NCBI GenBank assembly: GCA_041184385.1
Contig: JBEGJV010000002.1
Span: 1-38,966 of the forward strand
Length of the DNA: 38,966 nucleotides
DNA from: Actinomycetota bacterium
GTDB lineage: Bacteria > Actinomycetota > Acidimicrobiia > Acidimicrobiales > Ilumatobacteraceae
Direction of reading: 5' to 3'
The first letter of the stretch is position 1. Each line of letters starts with the position of its first letter. The notes below the pieces were generated by a model, which saw only the letters and a list, made by a program, of their open reading frames with translations, was not told the origin of the DNA and made no database searches. Made by a program: the position numbers and the translations under genes. This document shows positions 17,021-24,739 of this stretch, piece after piece.

Positions 17021-17389
17021 ATGGCAACCGTCGCACTCACAGCCGAGACCTTCGAGGAGACCGTGCTCGCGCCCGGCATCACCATCATCGACTTCTGGGC
17101 CGATTGGTGCGGGCCGTGCAAGGCGTTCGCCCCGGTGTACGAGCAGTCGTCCGAGGCCCATCCCGACGTGGTCTTTGCGAAGGTGGACACCGAGGCCGAG
17201 CAGATGATCGCCGCAGAGTTCGACATCCGCTCGATCCCCACGATCATGATCTTCCGTGACGGCATCCCGCTGTTCCGCCAGGCGGGCGCACTGCCGGGCC
17301 ACGCGCTCGAGGACGTCATCACGCAGGCGCAGGCGCTCGACATGGACGCAATCCGCAAGGAAATCGCCGAACAAGAAAACGGCAATTAG
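17021..17389 (+). CDS. trxA: Thioredoxin
   Basis: 122 aa. Active site WADWCGPCK, IRSIPT cis-Pro loop, RBS GGAGA 5 nt upstream of ATG 17021. No signal peptide. Confidence 0.85.
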   Translation: MATVALTAETFEETVLAPGITIIDFWADWCGPCKAFAPVYEQSSEAHPDVVFAKVDTEAEQMIAAEFDIRSIPTIMIFRDGIPLFRQAGALPGHALEDVITQAQALDMDAIRKEIAEQENGN

Positions 17390-17403
17390 GTAGCCTCACC
17401 CCC

Positions 17404-19014
17404 GTGGCACGGGGGCATGCGGTCACAGTTGCAGTGTTGATCTCCACCGCAGTCGGTCTCGCGGTGTCGGTTGATTCGTCCCCGGTCGGCGCGCTTGGTG
17501 CGGTGGACCGCATCGCAGCGGGCGACTCGCACACGTGCGCCATCTCCGATGACGGCAACGTGTGGTGCTGGGGGGACAACGGGTTCGGCCAGTTGGGCAA
17601 TTCCGGGTTCCCCGGTCTCGACAGTCCGGTGCCGGTGCGCACGTCAGGCTTCGGTGCAGGGCGCACGGCCACACAGATCGTCGCGGGCTCGAACCACACG
17701 TGTGCGTTGGCAAATGATGCATCGGTGTGGTGCTGGGGCGAAGGCGGTTGGGGTCAATTGGGAAGTGGATCAACAACCCAGCTAGACCCAATTCAAGTCA
17801 CTCTCGGCACCGGTATCACGGCATCACGCATCTTCGCCGGCGGCAGCACCACGTGTGCTCTCACCAGTGACACTCATCTCACGTGCTGGGGTCGCAACAA
17901 CAAGGGACAGATCGGAAACGGCACCACGCAGGCAAGCGGAGGTGTCACACCGACTGCGGTGACGGGCATCCCCGCTTCGTTCACGGTCGCAGATGTCGAG
18001 GTGGGTGATCTCCACGTGTGCGCCGTCGCCACCGGCGGCGGTGCAGTGCACTGCTGGGGCAACGATCTGAAGGGACAACTGGGAACAGTGTCCGATGCGA
18101 GCCTCGACAAGAGCACACCCACGCAGACCGACCCCGTTAGTGGCACGGTGCGCAGCGTGTCGGCGGGGACGCAGTTCACGTGCGTGACGCTCACGGACCG
18201 GACGGCGTCGTGCTGGGGCAACAACGCGAACGGCCAGCTCGGCCGCGGTTCCACCACGCCGCTCACCACGGGTGCACCCGCAGCCACGTCCGTGGTGGGC
18301 AGCATCGACAAGGTGGTGACCGGTACGAGCCATGCGTGCGCGCTGATGACGGCAGGCACCGTGCTGTGCTGGGGCAGCAGTGCCTCCGGACAGGTGGGCA
18401 ACGGCACGACGGGATCGAACGTGCTGGCGCCCTCTGCAGTGACCGGGCTCGCGGGCACCGTTCTTGATCTTGCCGTCGGTGCGAACCATGCATGTGCGGT
18501 GATCGTGACGGGGGCCGTGCAGTGCTGGGGAGCGAATGCCGCCGGCCAGCTGGGCGTGAACGACCAGACCGACCGCGCCGCGGCGGCCACCGTATCGTCG
18601 CTCACCGTCTCCACCACCACGACCACCGCGGCACCGGCTTCCACGGCCGGCACCACACCCGCAGCCCCCGCGACGTCACCGACCATTGCCGCACCGACCA
18701 CCTCGACCACGTCCACCACGCCGGCAGGGGACTCGCAGACGACTGCGCTCGCCGCTGGCACATCGCGCACGCTCACGGTGAAGAGACTGCGCACCGTCAC
18801 CGCCGCGCGCATCGCTGCCGCCGCAGGACTGTCCATCCCGCGAAAGTCGCAGGGCACGATGCGGATCAGCATCACGTCGGGAACCACGCGCTGTCGGTTC
18901 GTCGGAAGTTCCGTGCGCGGCACTTCTGTCGGCACGTGCAGGGTGCGGGTGGTGATGGTGCCGCGCACGGGTCGTGTCACCACGCGGTACGTCACGGTGA
19001 AAGTGGTGCGCTGA
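17404..19014 (+). CDS. Secreted RCC1-repeat (7-blade beta-propeller) protein with Thr/Pro/Ala linker and basic two-Cys C-terminal module
   Basis: Hydrophobic N-terminal signal-like segment. Seven repeats of the H.CA....g.v.CWG.N..GQLG motif (CWGDN, CWGEG, CWGRN, CWGND, CWGNN, CWGSS, CWGAN). TTTTAAPASTAGTTPAAP linker. Confidence 0.8.
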   Translation: MARGHAVTVAVLISTAVGLAVSVDSSPVGALGAVDRIAAGDSHTCAISDDGNVWCWGDNGFGQLGNSGFPGLDSPVPVRTSGFGAGRTATQIVAGSNHTCALANDASVWCWGEGGWGQLGSGSTTQLDPIQVTLGTGITASRIFAGGSTTCALTSDTHLTCWGRNNKGQIGNGTTQASGGVTPTAVTGIPASFTVADVEVGDLHVCAVATGGGAVHCWGNDLKGQLGTVSDASLDKSTPTQTDPVSGTVRSVSAGTQFTCVTLTDRTASCWGNNANGQLGRGSTTPLTTGAPAATSVVGSIDKVVTGTSHACALMTAGTVLCWGSSASGQVGNGTTGSNVLAPSAVTGLAGTVLDLAVGANHACAVIVTGAVQCWGANAAGQLGVNDQTDRAAAATVSSLTVSTTTTTAAPASTAGTTPAAPATSPTIAAPTTSTTSTTPAGDSQTTALAAGTSRTLTVKRLRTVTAARIAAAAGLSIPRKSQGTMRISITSGTTRCRFVGSSVRGTSVGTCRVRVVMVPRTGRVTTRYVTVKVVR

Positions 19015-19037
19015 CCGCGACGGTTCCTCTCTTTCCT

Positions 19038-19110
19038 CGCGTGCGCGCGCACGCACGCACGCGCGCACGCGCACGTGGGCGCGCGCGACGCGTGTGCGCG
19101 TCAGCGCACA
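19038..19110. repeat. Alternating pyrimidine-purine (CG/CA) tract, Z-DNA/cruciform-prone, with a terminal hairpin and T-run
   Basis: 19038-19077 is 40 nt of uninterrupted Py-Pu alternation and contains the 16-nt perfect palindrome GCGTGCGCGCGCACGC. Alternation continues to 19110 with three phase breaks. TGTGCGC-gtca-GCGCACA (19093-19110) is followed by GGGGATTTTTTT. Confidence 0.7.
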
Positions 19111-19197
19111 AGGGGATTTTTTTCGGACCATGTGGCGCAAGGGTTCCAGACGGCAGAACCCCGGATCTGCGAACAGGGCACCTGTATAAGAGCGGCC

Positions 19198-21300
19198 ATG
19201 AATTACTCACTAGTCATCGTGGAGTCACCGACAAAGGTGGCGACCATCCAGAAAATCCTCGGCCCGAGCTTCGTCGTGGCCTCGACACGCGGTCACTTCG
19301 CCGACCTGCCGGAGAGGAAGGGCGCCGTTGACATCGAGCACGCGTTCGCCGTGCAGTACCGGCTGACGGAGAAGGGGGCGAAGACGATCGCCGAACTGCG
19401 CAAGCAACTCGACGGAGCGTCCGAACTGATCATCGCGACCGACGCCGACAGGGAGGGCGAGATGATCGGTCACCTTGCCGTCGAGTTCCTGCAGCCCACC
19501 GTGCCGGTGAAGCGCGTCCGCTTCAACGCCATCACCGCAGACGCAATCAACGAGGCCATGGCCAACCCCACCGTCATCGACGAGCGTCTCGTCATGGCGG
19601 CACGGTCACGCCGTGTGCTCGACCACGTGTACGGCTTCCATCTCTCGCCGGAGCTGTGGCGCACCGTGCGTCCCGGTCTCGCTGCCGGCCGTGTGCAGAG
19701 CCCCGCACTGCACATGGTGGTGAAGCGCGAGAAGGAGCGCATGGCGTTCGTCGTGTCCGAGTACCACGGCATCGACATGACGGTCACGGGGGATCCCGCG
19801 GTCACTGCCTCGCTGCGCACCGTTGACGGCTCCGAGGTGGCCGCGTCACGTCACTTCGATGCCGCGGGGAAGCCGAAGTCCGGTGTGCTCGTGCTCGGTG
19901 CGGAGACCGCAACCGATCTGGTGCGCCGGCTCGAGGGTGCCGCGGTGTCCGTTGTCTCGGTCGAACCGAAGGCGTACCGCCGCCGCGCTCCTTTCCCGTA
20001 CATCACGTCGTCGATGCTGCAGGACGCCGCCAGCAGGCTGAAGCTCGGTTCGAAGGCAACGCAGTCCGCACTGCAGTCGTTGTTCGAGGCCGGTCACATC
20101 ACGTACCCCCGCACCGACAGCCCGCACATGGCACCGCAGGCGATCGCCGCGGCGCGTGCGACGGCAATCCAGCTGTTCGGTGAGGAGAACGTGCCCGAGA
20201 AGGCCCGTCACCCGAAGGCGAAGAAGTCGAACGCCCAGGAGGCCCACGAGGCCCTGCGGCCCACGAACATGTCTCGACGCTCGGTCAAGGGCGTGGGCAC
20301 CAACGCACAGCGCATCTACGAGATGATCTGGCGGCGAACGGTCGCGTCACAGATGATCGACGCGACGGGAACCACGACGACCGTCTCTTTCGCGGTCACG
20401 GCGGCAGGTGCGGGGGAGCAGTGCGTGTTCACCGCGTCCGGCACCGTCATCGAAGTGCCCGGTTTCCGTCTGGTCTACGTGCCGCAGACGGAGGAGGAAC
20501 CGCCGATGCCCGCATTCACCGTGGGTCAGCCGTGCACGGCGGATCAGTTCACCGCGGTTGCCCACGCGACCAGGCCACCTGCCCGGTACACCGAGGGAAC
20601 CCTGATCAAGGCGCTCGAGGAGGAGGGCATCGGTCGTCCGTCCACGTACACGGCGATCATGCAGTCACTGCGGCTGCGCTACGTGTGGTCGAAGAAGGGC
20701 GACCCAGCGCTGATCCCCACCATCTCTGCGTTCGCCGTTGACCAGGTGATGGGAATCTGCTTCGCGGAACTCATCGATTACCGGTTCACCAGCCAGATGG
20801 AGGACCGGTTGAACGACGTCGTCGCCGGCGATCTCGAGTACGAGAACCTGCTGGCTGCGTTCTGGTCGGCCGGCGACGGCACGTGGACTCCGCTCGAGAA
20901 ATTGATCGTGAACGGCAAGACGCTGTTCGACCCGAAGAAGACGCCGGTCCTGTCATTCGGCATGCACCCGACGCTCGGCGAGGAAGTGGTGCTGCGCGCC
21001 GGCCGTGCGTACAAGTCACGGGGCCGCACCGTCGGCCGTCCGTACCTTGCGTGCGGCAAGAAGACAGTGTCGATCGCCGACGAGACGGAACTCGACCAAC
21101 TGACCCCCGACGTGGCGTTCGCACGGTTGCTCGAGACCAGGGAGCCGCGCGTTCTCGGTGAGCACGGCGGGCACCAGGTGGAGGTGCTGCGCGGCATCTA
21201 CGGCCCGTACATCCGCTGGAACGGGCGCAACGTGAAACTGCCGAAGAACCTGGATGCGGGGACCGTCACGCTCGAGGACGTCACGGGATTGCTGGAATAA
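19198..21300 (+). CDS. topA: Type IA DNA topoisomerase (topoisomerase I-like, short 700-aa form)
   Basis: Start ATG 19198 (MNYSLVIVESPTK...). Toprim motifs IVESPTK and ATDADREGE, catalytic Tyr context GHITYPRTDS, and a C-terminal actinobacterial-type repeat ...VLRGIYGPYIRWNG.... The part of ORF 19075..21300 upstream of 19198 is the alternating-repeat tract, not coding. Confidence 0.85.
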   Translation: MNYSLVIVESPTKVATIQKILGPSFVVASTRGHFADLPERKGAVDIEHAFAVQYRLTEKGAKTIAELRKQLDGASELIIATDADREGEMIGHLAVEFLQPTVPVKRVRFNAITADAINEAMANPTVIDERLVMAARSRRVLDHVYGFHLSPELWRTVRPGLAAGRVQSPALHMVVKREKERMAFVVSEYHGIDMTVTGDPAVTASLRTVDGSEVAASRHFDAAGKPKSGVLVLGAETATDLVRRLEGAAVSVVSVEPKAYRRRAPFPYITSSMLQDAASRLKLGSKATQSALQSLFEAGHITYPRTDSPHMAPQAIAAARATAIQLFGEENVPEKARHPKAKKSNAQEAHEALRPTNMSRRSVKGVGTNAQRIYEMIWRRTVASQMIDATGTTTTVSFAVTAAGAGEQCVFTASGTVIEVPGFRLVYVPQTEEEPPMPAFTVGQPCTADQFTAVAHATRPPARYTEGTLIKALEEEGIGRPSTYTAIMQSLRLRYVWSKKGDPALIPTISAFAVDQVMGICFAELIDYRFTSQMEDRLNDVVAGDLEYENLLAAFWSAGDGTWTPLEKLIVNGKTLFDPKKTPVLSFGMHPTLGEEVVLRAGRAYKSRGRTVGRPYLACGKKTVSIADETELDQLTPDVAFARLLETREPRVLGEHGGHQVEVLRGIYGPYIRWNGRNVKLPKNLDAGTVTLEDVTGLLE

Positions 21301-21365
21301 CGGGCCCGTGGTTGTGTGTCGGGCGGGAAGCCGATAGCCCTGTGTGGGACATCGAAGGAGTGCAC

Positions 21366-21848
21366 GTGCTGGAAGTCGAGATGGTGGTGGAGATCCCGCA
21401 GGGGTCGCGCAACAAGTACGAGATGGACCACGAGACGGGCGCCATCTGGCTGGACCGCACGTTGTTCACCGCCACGCAGTACCCGCTGGACTACGGCTTC
21501 TTCCCCGGCACGCTCGGTGAGGACGGCGACCCGCTCGATGCACTCGTGTGGCTGAGCCAGCCCACGTTCCCTGGCTGTCACGTGTGGGTGCGACCTGTGG
21601 CGGTGTTCTGGATGGCAGACGAGAAAGGGCCCGACGCGAAGGTGCTCTGCGTTTCTTCACACGACCCTAGGTTCGCGAACTACGTCGACATCGATGACCT
21701 GCCCGAGCACCTTCTCGACGAAGTGGGCAACTTCTTCGAGGTGTACAAGCTGCTCGAGCCGAACAAGGACACCACGGTGAAGGGCTGGGAAGGCCGCGCC
21801 GCCGCCGAGGCCGAGATCCAGGCCGCCCTCGCCCGACACGGTCACTGA
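21366..21848 (+). CDS. ppa: Inorganic pyrophosphatase (family I)
   Basis: Start GTG 21366, with GAAGGAG 5 nt upstream. Motifs EIPQGSRNKYE, YPLDYGFFPGTLGEDGDPLDALV and DEKGPDAKVL. Confidence 0.9.
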   Translation: MLEVEMVVEIPQGSRNKYEMDHETGAIWLDRTLFTATQYPLDYGFFPGTLGEDGDPLDALVWLSQPTFPGCHVWVRPVAVFWMADEKGPDAKVLCVSSHDPRFANYVDIDDLPEHLLDEVGNFFEVYKLLEPNKDTTVKGWEGRAAAEAEIQAALARHGH

Positions 21849-22009
21849 GCTGTCCGAACCGAACGCCGGGACGTCAGGACCCCGAAGAGTCTCGCTCCCG
21901 ACCGCCCCTGCGGGGCGACGTAACCCTTGTGCACCAGGGGATCGGGCGGAAATCCACCACTTTTCACAAAGGCACATTTAGGTTCCCCCATGCGGACTCG
22001 TCCGCAGAA

Positions 22010-22336
22010 ATGGGGGATACATCCAACATGTACACACTCGGAGCCCTGCTCCTCACATCCATCGTCCTGGCTCACGCCGTGGCCGTCATCGAGTCGATTC
22101 TCGGGGTCGTCCAGGTCCACGGGCCGATCAAGAAGATTCCCGTCATCGGAACCCACCTCGGCCTCATCATCGCCGTCGCCATCGTGTGGTACCTGAAGAT
22201 CAACCTCATCTCCGGATGGGGAGTGAACTTCAGTGACGACTGGATGACCTACACCGCCAACGCGATGGTGCTCCTCGGTATTGCGCCGTTGAAGGACGCC
22301 ATCATCTCCATGGTCAACAAGGGTCTGCGCGCCTAG
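22010..22336 (+). CDS. Small hypothetical membrane protein (about 3 predicted TM segments)
   Basis: Hydrophobic segments YTLGALLLTSIVLAHAVAVI, IGTHLGLIIAVAIVWYL and ANAMVLLGIAPL. Start is uncertain: ATG 22010, ATG 22028 or GTG 21929. No family recognised. Confidence 0.5.
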   Translation: MGDTSNMYTLGALLLTSIVLAHAVAVIESILGVVQVHGPIKKIPVIGTHLGLIIAVAIVWYLKINLISGWGVNFSDDWMTYTANAMVLLGIAPLKDAIISMVNKGLRA

Positions 22337-22368
22337 ACGCCGGACGCCATATCCCATTCCCACCAACG

Positions 22369-22400
22369 AAGGGTCGTCGGCCTCCGGGCCGGCGGCCCTT
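22369..22400. terminator. Hairpin between convergent genes
   Basis: AAGGGTCGTCGGCC-tccg-GGCCGGCGGCCCTT. The stem is 14 bp, with two G-U pairs when read as plus-strand RNA. Confidence 0.5.
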
Positions 22401-22414
22401 TGCCGTTCCCCGGG

Positions 22415-22849
22415 TCAGACCGCGGCGTCGATCACCCAGAACGTGAGTAGGCCGGCCGGTGCGTCGTCCATGCTCACCGAGATGTCCACCTGGCCCGCGT
22501 GAGGGAACGTGACGGCACGCAGCGGAAGCGCGAACGGGATGTTCAGCCCCTCGCCCGGGTTCCGTTCGGCGTCCACGTTGAACTCGAAGTCGATCCGTGC
22601 GATGTCCTCGGCAGTGTCGGGGTAGCGCAGCACGACACGGCCCGTGTGAGCCTCGCCCACGCGGTGCGGGTGCACGTACACAGACATCGCAATGTGTGCC
22701 TCGATCTCTGCCGGGAACCCGTGGTGCACCGCGATCCGCGTGATGCCGCCGCTCGTGATGTTGAGCAGGCCCTCGCGCACGTTCGCGTAGTCGCACAGCG
22801 ACAGCGTGGTGAGGTCGATGCCTGTCGGTTCAATGGGGTCGAGGGGCAT
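22415..22849 (-). CDS. Hypothetical protein (144 aa, soluble, beta-rich; no family confidently recognised)
   Basis: ORF with coding-like GC3 bias, 14 nt downstream of the usp gene on the same strand. There is a possible resemblance to small actinobacterial DUF proteins, but I cannot verify it. Confidence 0.5.
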   Translation of the reverse strand: MPLDPIEPTGIDLTTLSLCDYANVREGLLNITSGGITRIAVHHGFPAEIEAHIAMSVYVHPHRVGEAHTGRVVLRYPDTAEDIARIDFEFNVDAERNPGEGLNIPFALPLRAVTFPHAGQVDISVSMDDAPAGLLTFWVIDAAV

Positions 22850-22862
22850 CGCCCCACCGTAC

Positions 22863-23291
22863 TTACTTGACGGGGACGATGACGACCGGCACCTTGGCGT
22901 GACGGGCGACGTAATCGGTTGTGGAGCCGAGCAAGAGTCCGGCGATGCCGCTGTGTCCCCGTGAGCCGATGACGATCAGGTCGCATGCCTCGTCCATCAG
23001 TGCGGTGCGCGGGTCGACATGTGCAAACTTCGACTCGACGTTCAGTCCGGTGCCCTCGGCCAGCTTGCGTGCCTTCACCGTCTCCTGTTCGAGCACCGTG
23101 CGCATCGATGTGTCGTCGTCGGAGTAGGCGACCGCCATCTCCGGCGGGGGGATCACCGGGTGCCAGCCCGTGAGGAGCACCAGTGTGTCCCCGGAATGTG
23201 CGTTGTCGACGGCCCACGCGATCGCCTTCTGCGAGTTGGCCGAGCCGTCCACGCCGATGACGATGCGCTTTTTCTTTTCGTTGCTTCCCAT
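22863..23291 (-). CDS. Universal stress protein (UspA family)
   Basis: ...RIVIGVDGSANSQKAIAWAV... and the ATP-binding tail ...LIVIGSRGHSGIAGLLLGSTTDYVARHAKVPVVIV. Confidence 0.85.
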   Translation of the reverse strand: MGSNEKKKRIVIGVDGSANSQKAIAWAVDNAHSGDTLVLLTGWHPVIPPPEMAVAYSDDDTSMRTVLEQETVKARKLAEGTGLNVESKFAHVDPRTALMDEACDLIVIGSRGHSGIAGLLLGSTTDYVARHAKVPVVIVPVK

Positions 23292-23342
23292 GCATTGAAC
23301 GGTACGCCCGCATGCGCGCGAAAGTAAGAGGACGAATGTGTC

Positions 23343-23975
23343 TCAGTTGTCACGCGCGGCCGGCACGGGTGCGGACCACTTGCGCCAGCGGCTTACGACA
23401 CGGATGACGAATGTCGTGATGATGGCGACGACGGCGAGAACCGTGTTGGGTGCGCCCAACCGATCACCCACCGCGACGATGACCGCACCGATCAACGCGG
23501 CCGTCGCGTATATCTCGCGGTGGAGAACGGTGGGGATCTCGCGCACGAGAACGTCACGGATGATGCCGCCGCCGATGGCGGTGATCATGCCGATGCCGCA
23601 CGCACCGACCGTGCCGATGCCGTGGTCGATGGCCTTGCGCGCACCGGCGACCGCGAACAACCCGAGCCCTGCCGCATCGAGGACGACCAACGGTTTCGCG
23701 AGCCTCGCGATGGTGGGGTGAACGCGGAAACCGACCACTCCGACGACGGCGGGGGTGACGAGGTATCGCCAGTCACCGAGAGCAGCCACGGGCGTTGCGC
23801 CGATGAGTGCGTCGCGGATGAACCCGCCGCCGAGCGCGGTGGCACCGGCGATGAACACCACGCCGAAGAGGTCGAGCTGTTTCTGCACGCCGGTGAGTGC
23901 GCCGGACGCCGCGAACACGGCGATCCCGACGAGGTCCAGGACGAGCAGGAGTGTTGACGCCGACATCGGGAACAA
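23343..23975 (-). CDS. Trimeric intracellular cation channel family protein (UPF0126/YadS-type)
   Basis: Seven hydrophobic segments and two copies of the family motif GGG(F/I)IRD(A/V)L. Confidence 0.75.
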   Translation of the reverse strand: MFPMSASTLLLVLDLVGIAVFAASGALTGVQKQLDLFGVVFIAGATALGGGFIRDALIGATPVAALGDWRYLVTPAVVGVVGFRVHPTIARLAKPLVVLDAAGLGLFAVAGARKAIDHGIGTVGACGIGMITAIGGGIIRDVLVREIPTVLHREIYATAALIGAVIVAVGDRLGAPNTVLAVVAIITTFVIRVVSRWRKWSAPVPAARDN

Positions 23976-24010
23976 CGGTAGGCGGTTCGCGCACGCCTAT
24001 CGTTCATGCG

Positions 24011-24679
24011 ATGTCCATGCGCGGTGCCCTCTTCCTCGACCTCGACGGCACCCTGGCGGATTCCGGTGCGGGCATCACCGCGGCACTGAACGAGGTGCTG
24101 TCCTCCATGGGGACCGACCTGCTGACGGAGGAGGAGAAGCGGTTCATCATCGGTCCCGCCTTCCAACTGACGATGCCCGTGCTCCTGCGCACGCGCGGCC
24201 TGGACGAGTCGCTGAGTGACGGGATGATCCACGAGTACCGGCGCATCTACACCGAGCACCACCTGCCGCACACCCCGCGCATCGACGGGATCGGCGACGT
24301 GATCGAGGAACTCGCGAACCACTTCCTTCTGTCGGTCGTCACGGCGAAGCCCGTCACCCAGGCGACGATCGCCGTGAGGTCACTCGACATGCACGGTTTG
24401 TTCGAGGTGGTCATCGGGCCACAGCCGGACCGGCCGACGCCGAAGGCCCGTCTGCTGGAGGACGCACTCGCGTTCATCGAGGACAAGCACGGCACACGGC
24501 CGCACAACGACGCATGCTGGATGATCGGGGACAGGCACCACGACATCGATGCCGCTGTCGAGGTGGGCACGCGGTCGGTCGGCGTGCTGTGGGGATACGG
24601 CGACGAGGAGGAACTGACCTCGGCCGGTGCGTCAGCCATTGCCCGCGAACCGGCGGACCTGCTGGCCATCCTCCTCTGA
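24011..24679 (+). CDS. HAD-superfamily hydrolase (phosphoglycolate-phosphatase-like subfamily IA)
   Basis: Start at ATG 24011 or 24017. Motif I FLDLDGTLADS, motif II VVTAK, motif IV MIGDRHHDIDAA. Confidence 0.75.
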   Translation: MSMRGALFLDLDGTLADSGAGITAALNEVLSSMGTDLLTEEEKRFIIGPAFQLTMPVLLRTRGLDESLSDGMIHEYRRIYTEHHLPHTPRIDGIGDVIEELANHFLLSVVTAKPVTQATIAVRSLDMHGLFEVVIGPQPDRPTPKARLLEDALAFIEDKHGTRPHNDACWMIGDRHHDIDAAVEVGTRSVGVLWGYGDEEELTSAGASAIAREPADLLAILL

Positions 24680-24739
24680 CCGGGCGAGGATTTTCGGGCG
24701 ACAGGTACACTCCTTCATCCGCCCCCGGAGGTTTTCACA

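Noticed and set aside
18590-18740. Repetitive ACC/ACG/GCC-rich DNA in the RCC1 gene, with similar stretches at about 16420-16520 and 38150-38420. These could have been an array-like repeat or a mobile-element remnant.
   Set aside because: All are in-frame Thr/Pro/Ala linker-coding low complexity within secreted proteins. They have no spacer-repeat periodicity and no flanking inverted repeats.
19015-19197. Small ORFs across the alternating CG/CA tract, such as 18992..19210 on the minus strand (72 aa) and the 5' part of 19075..21300.
   Set aside because: Their translations are Arg/Ala/Cys repeats dictated by the dinucleotide repeat, and they have no RBS. The region is better explained as non-coding structural DNA plus terminator and promoter.
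21920-22010. Assignment of the leader before the small membrane protein to a known riboswitch class (guanidine-II/III, fluoride, Mn2+ yybP-ykoY, c-di-AMP ydaO).
   Set aside because: I could not find the signature loops or consensus of these classes by eye, for example paired ACGR loops or the fluoride GGCGATGG...AACCGCC core. It is reported only as an unclassified start-codon-sequestering structure.
21842-22366. 174-aa minus-strand ORF overlapping the small membrane-protein gene.
   Set aside because: Its translation is charged and Gly/Asp/His-rich with no motifs. The plus-strand frame gives coherent hydrophobic TM segments and is followed by a hairpin.
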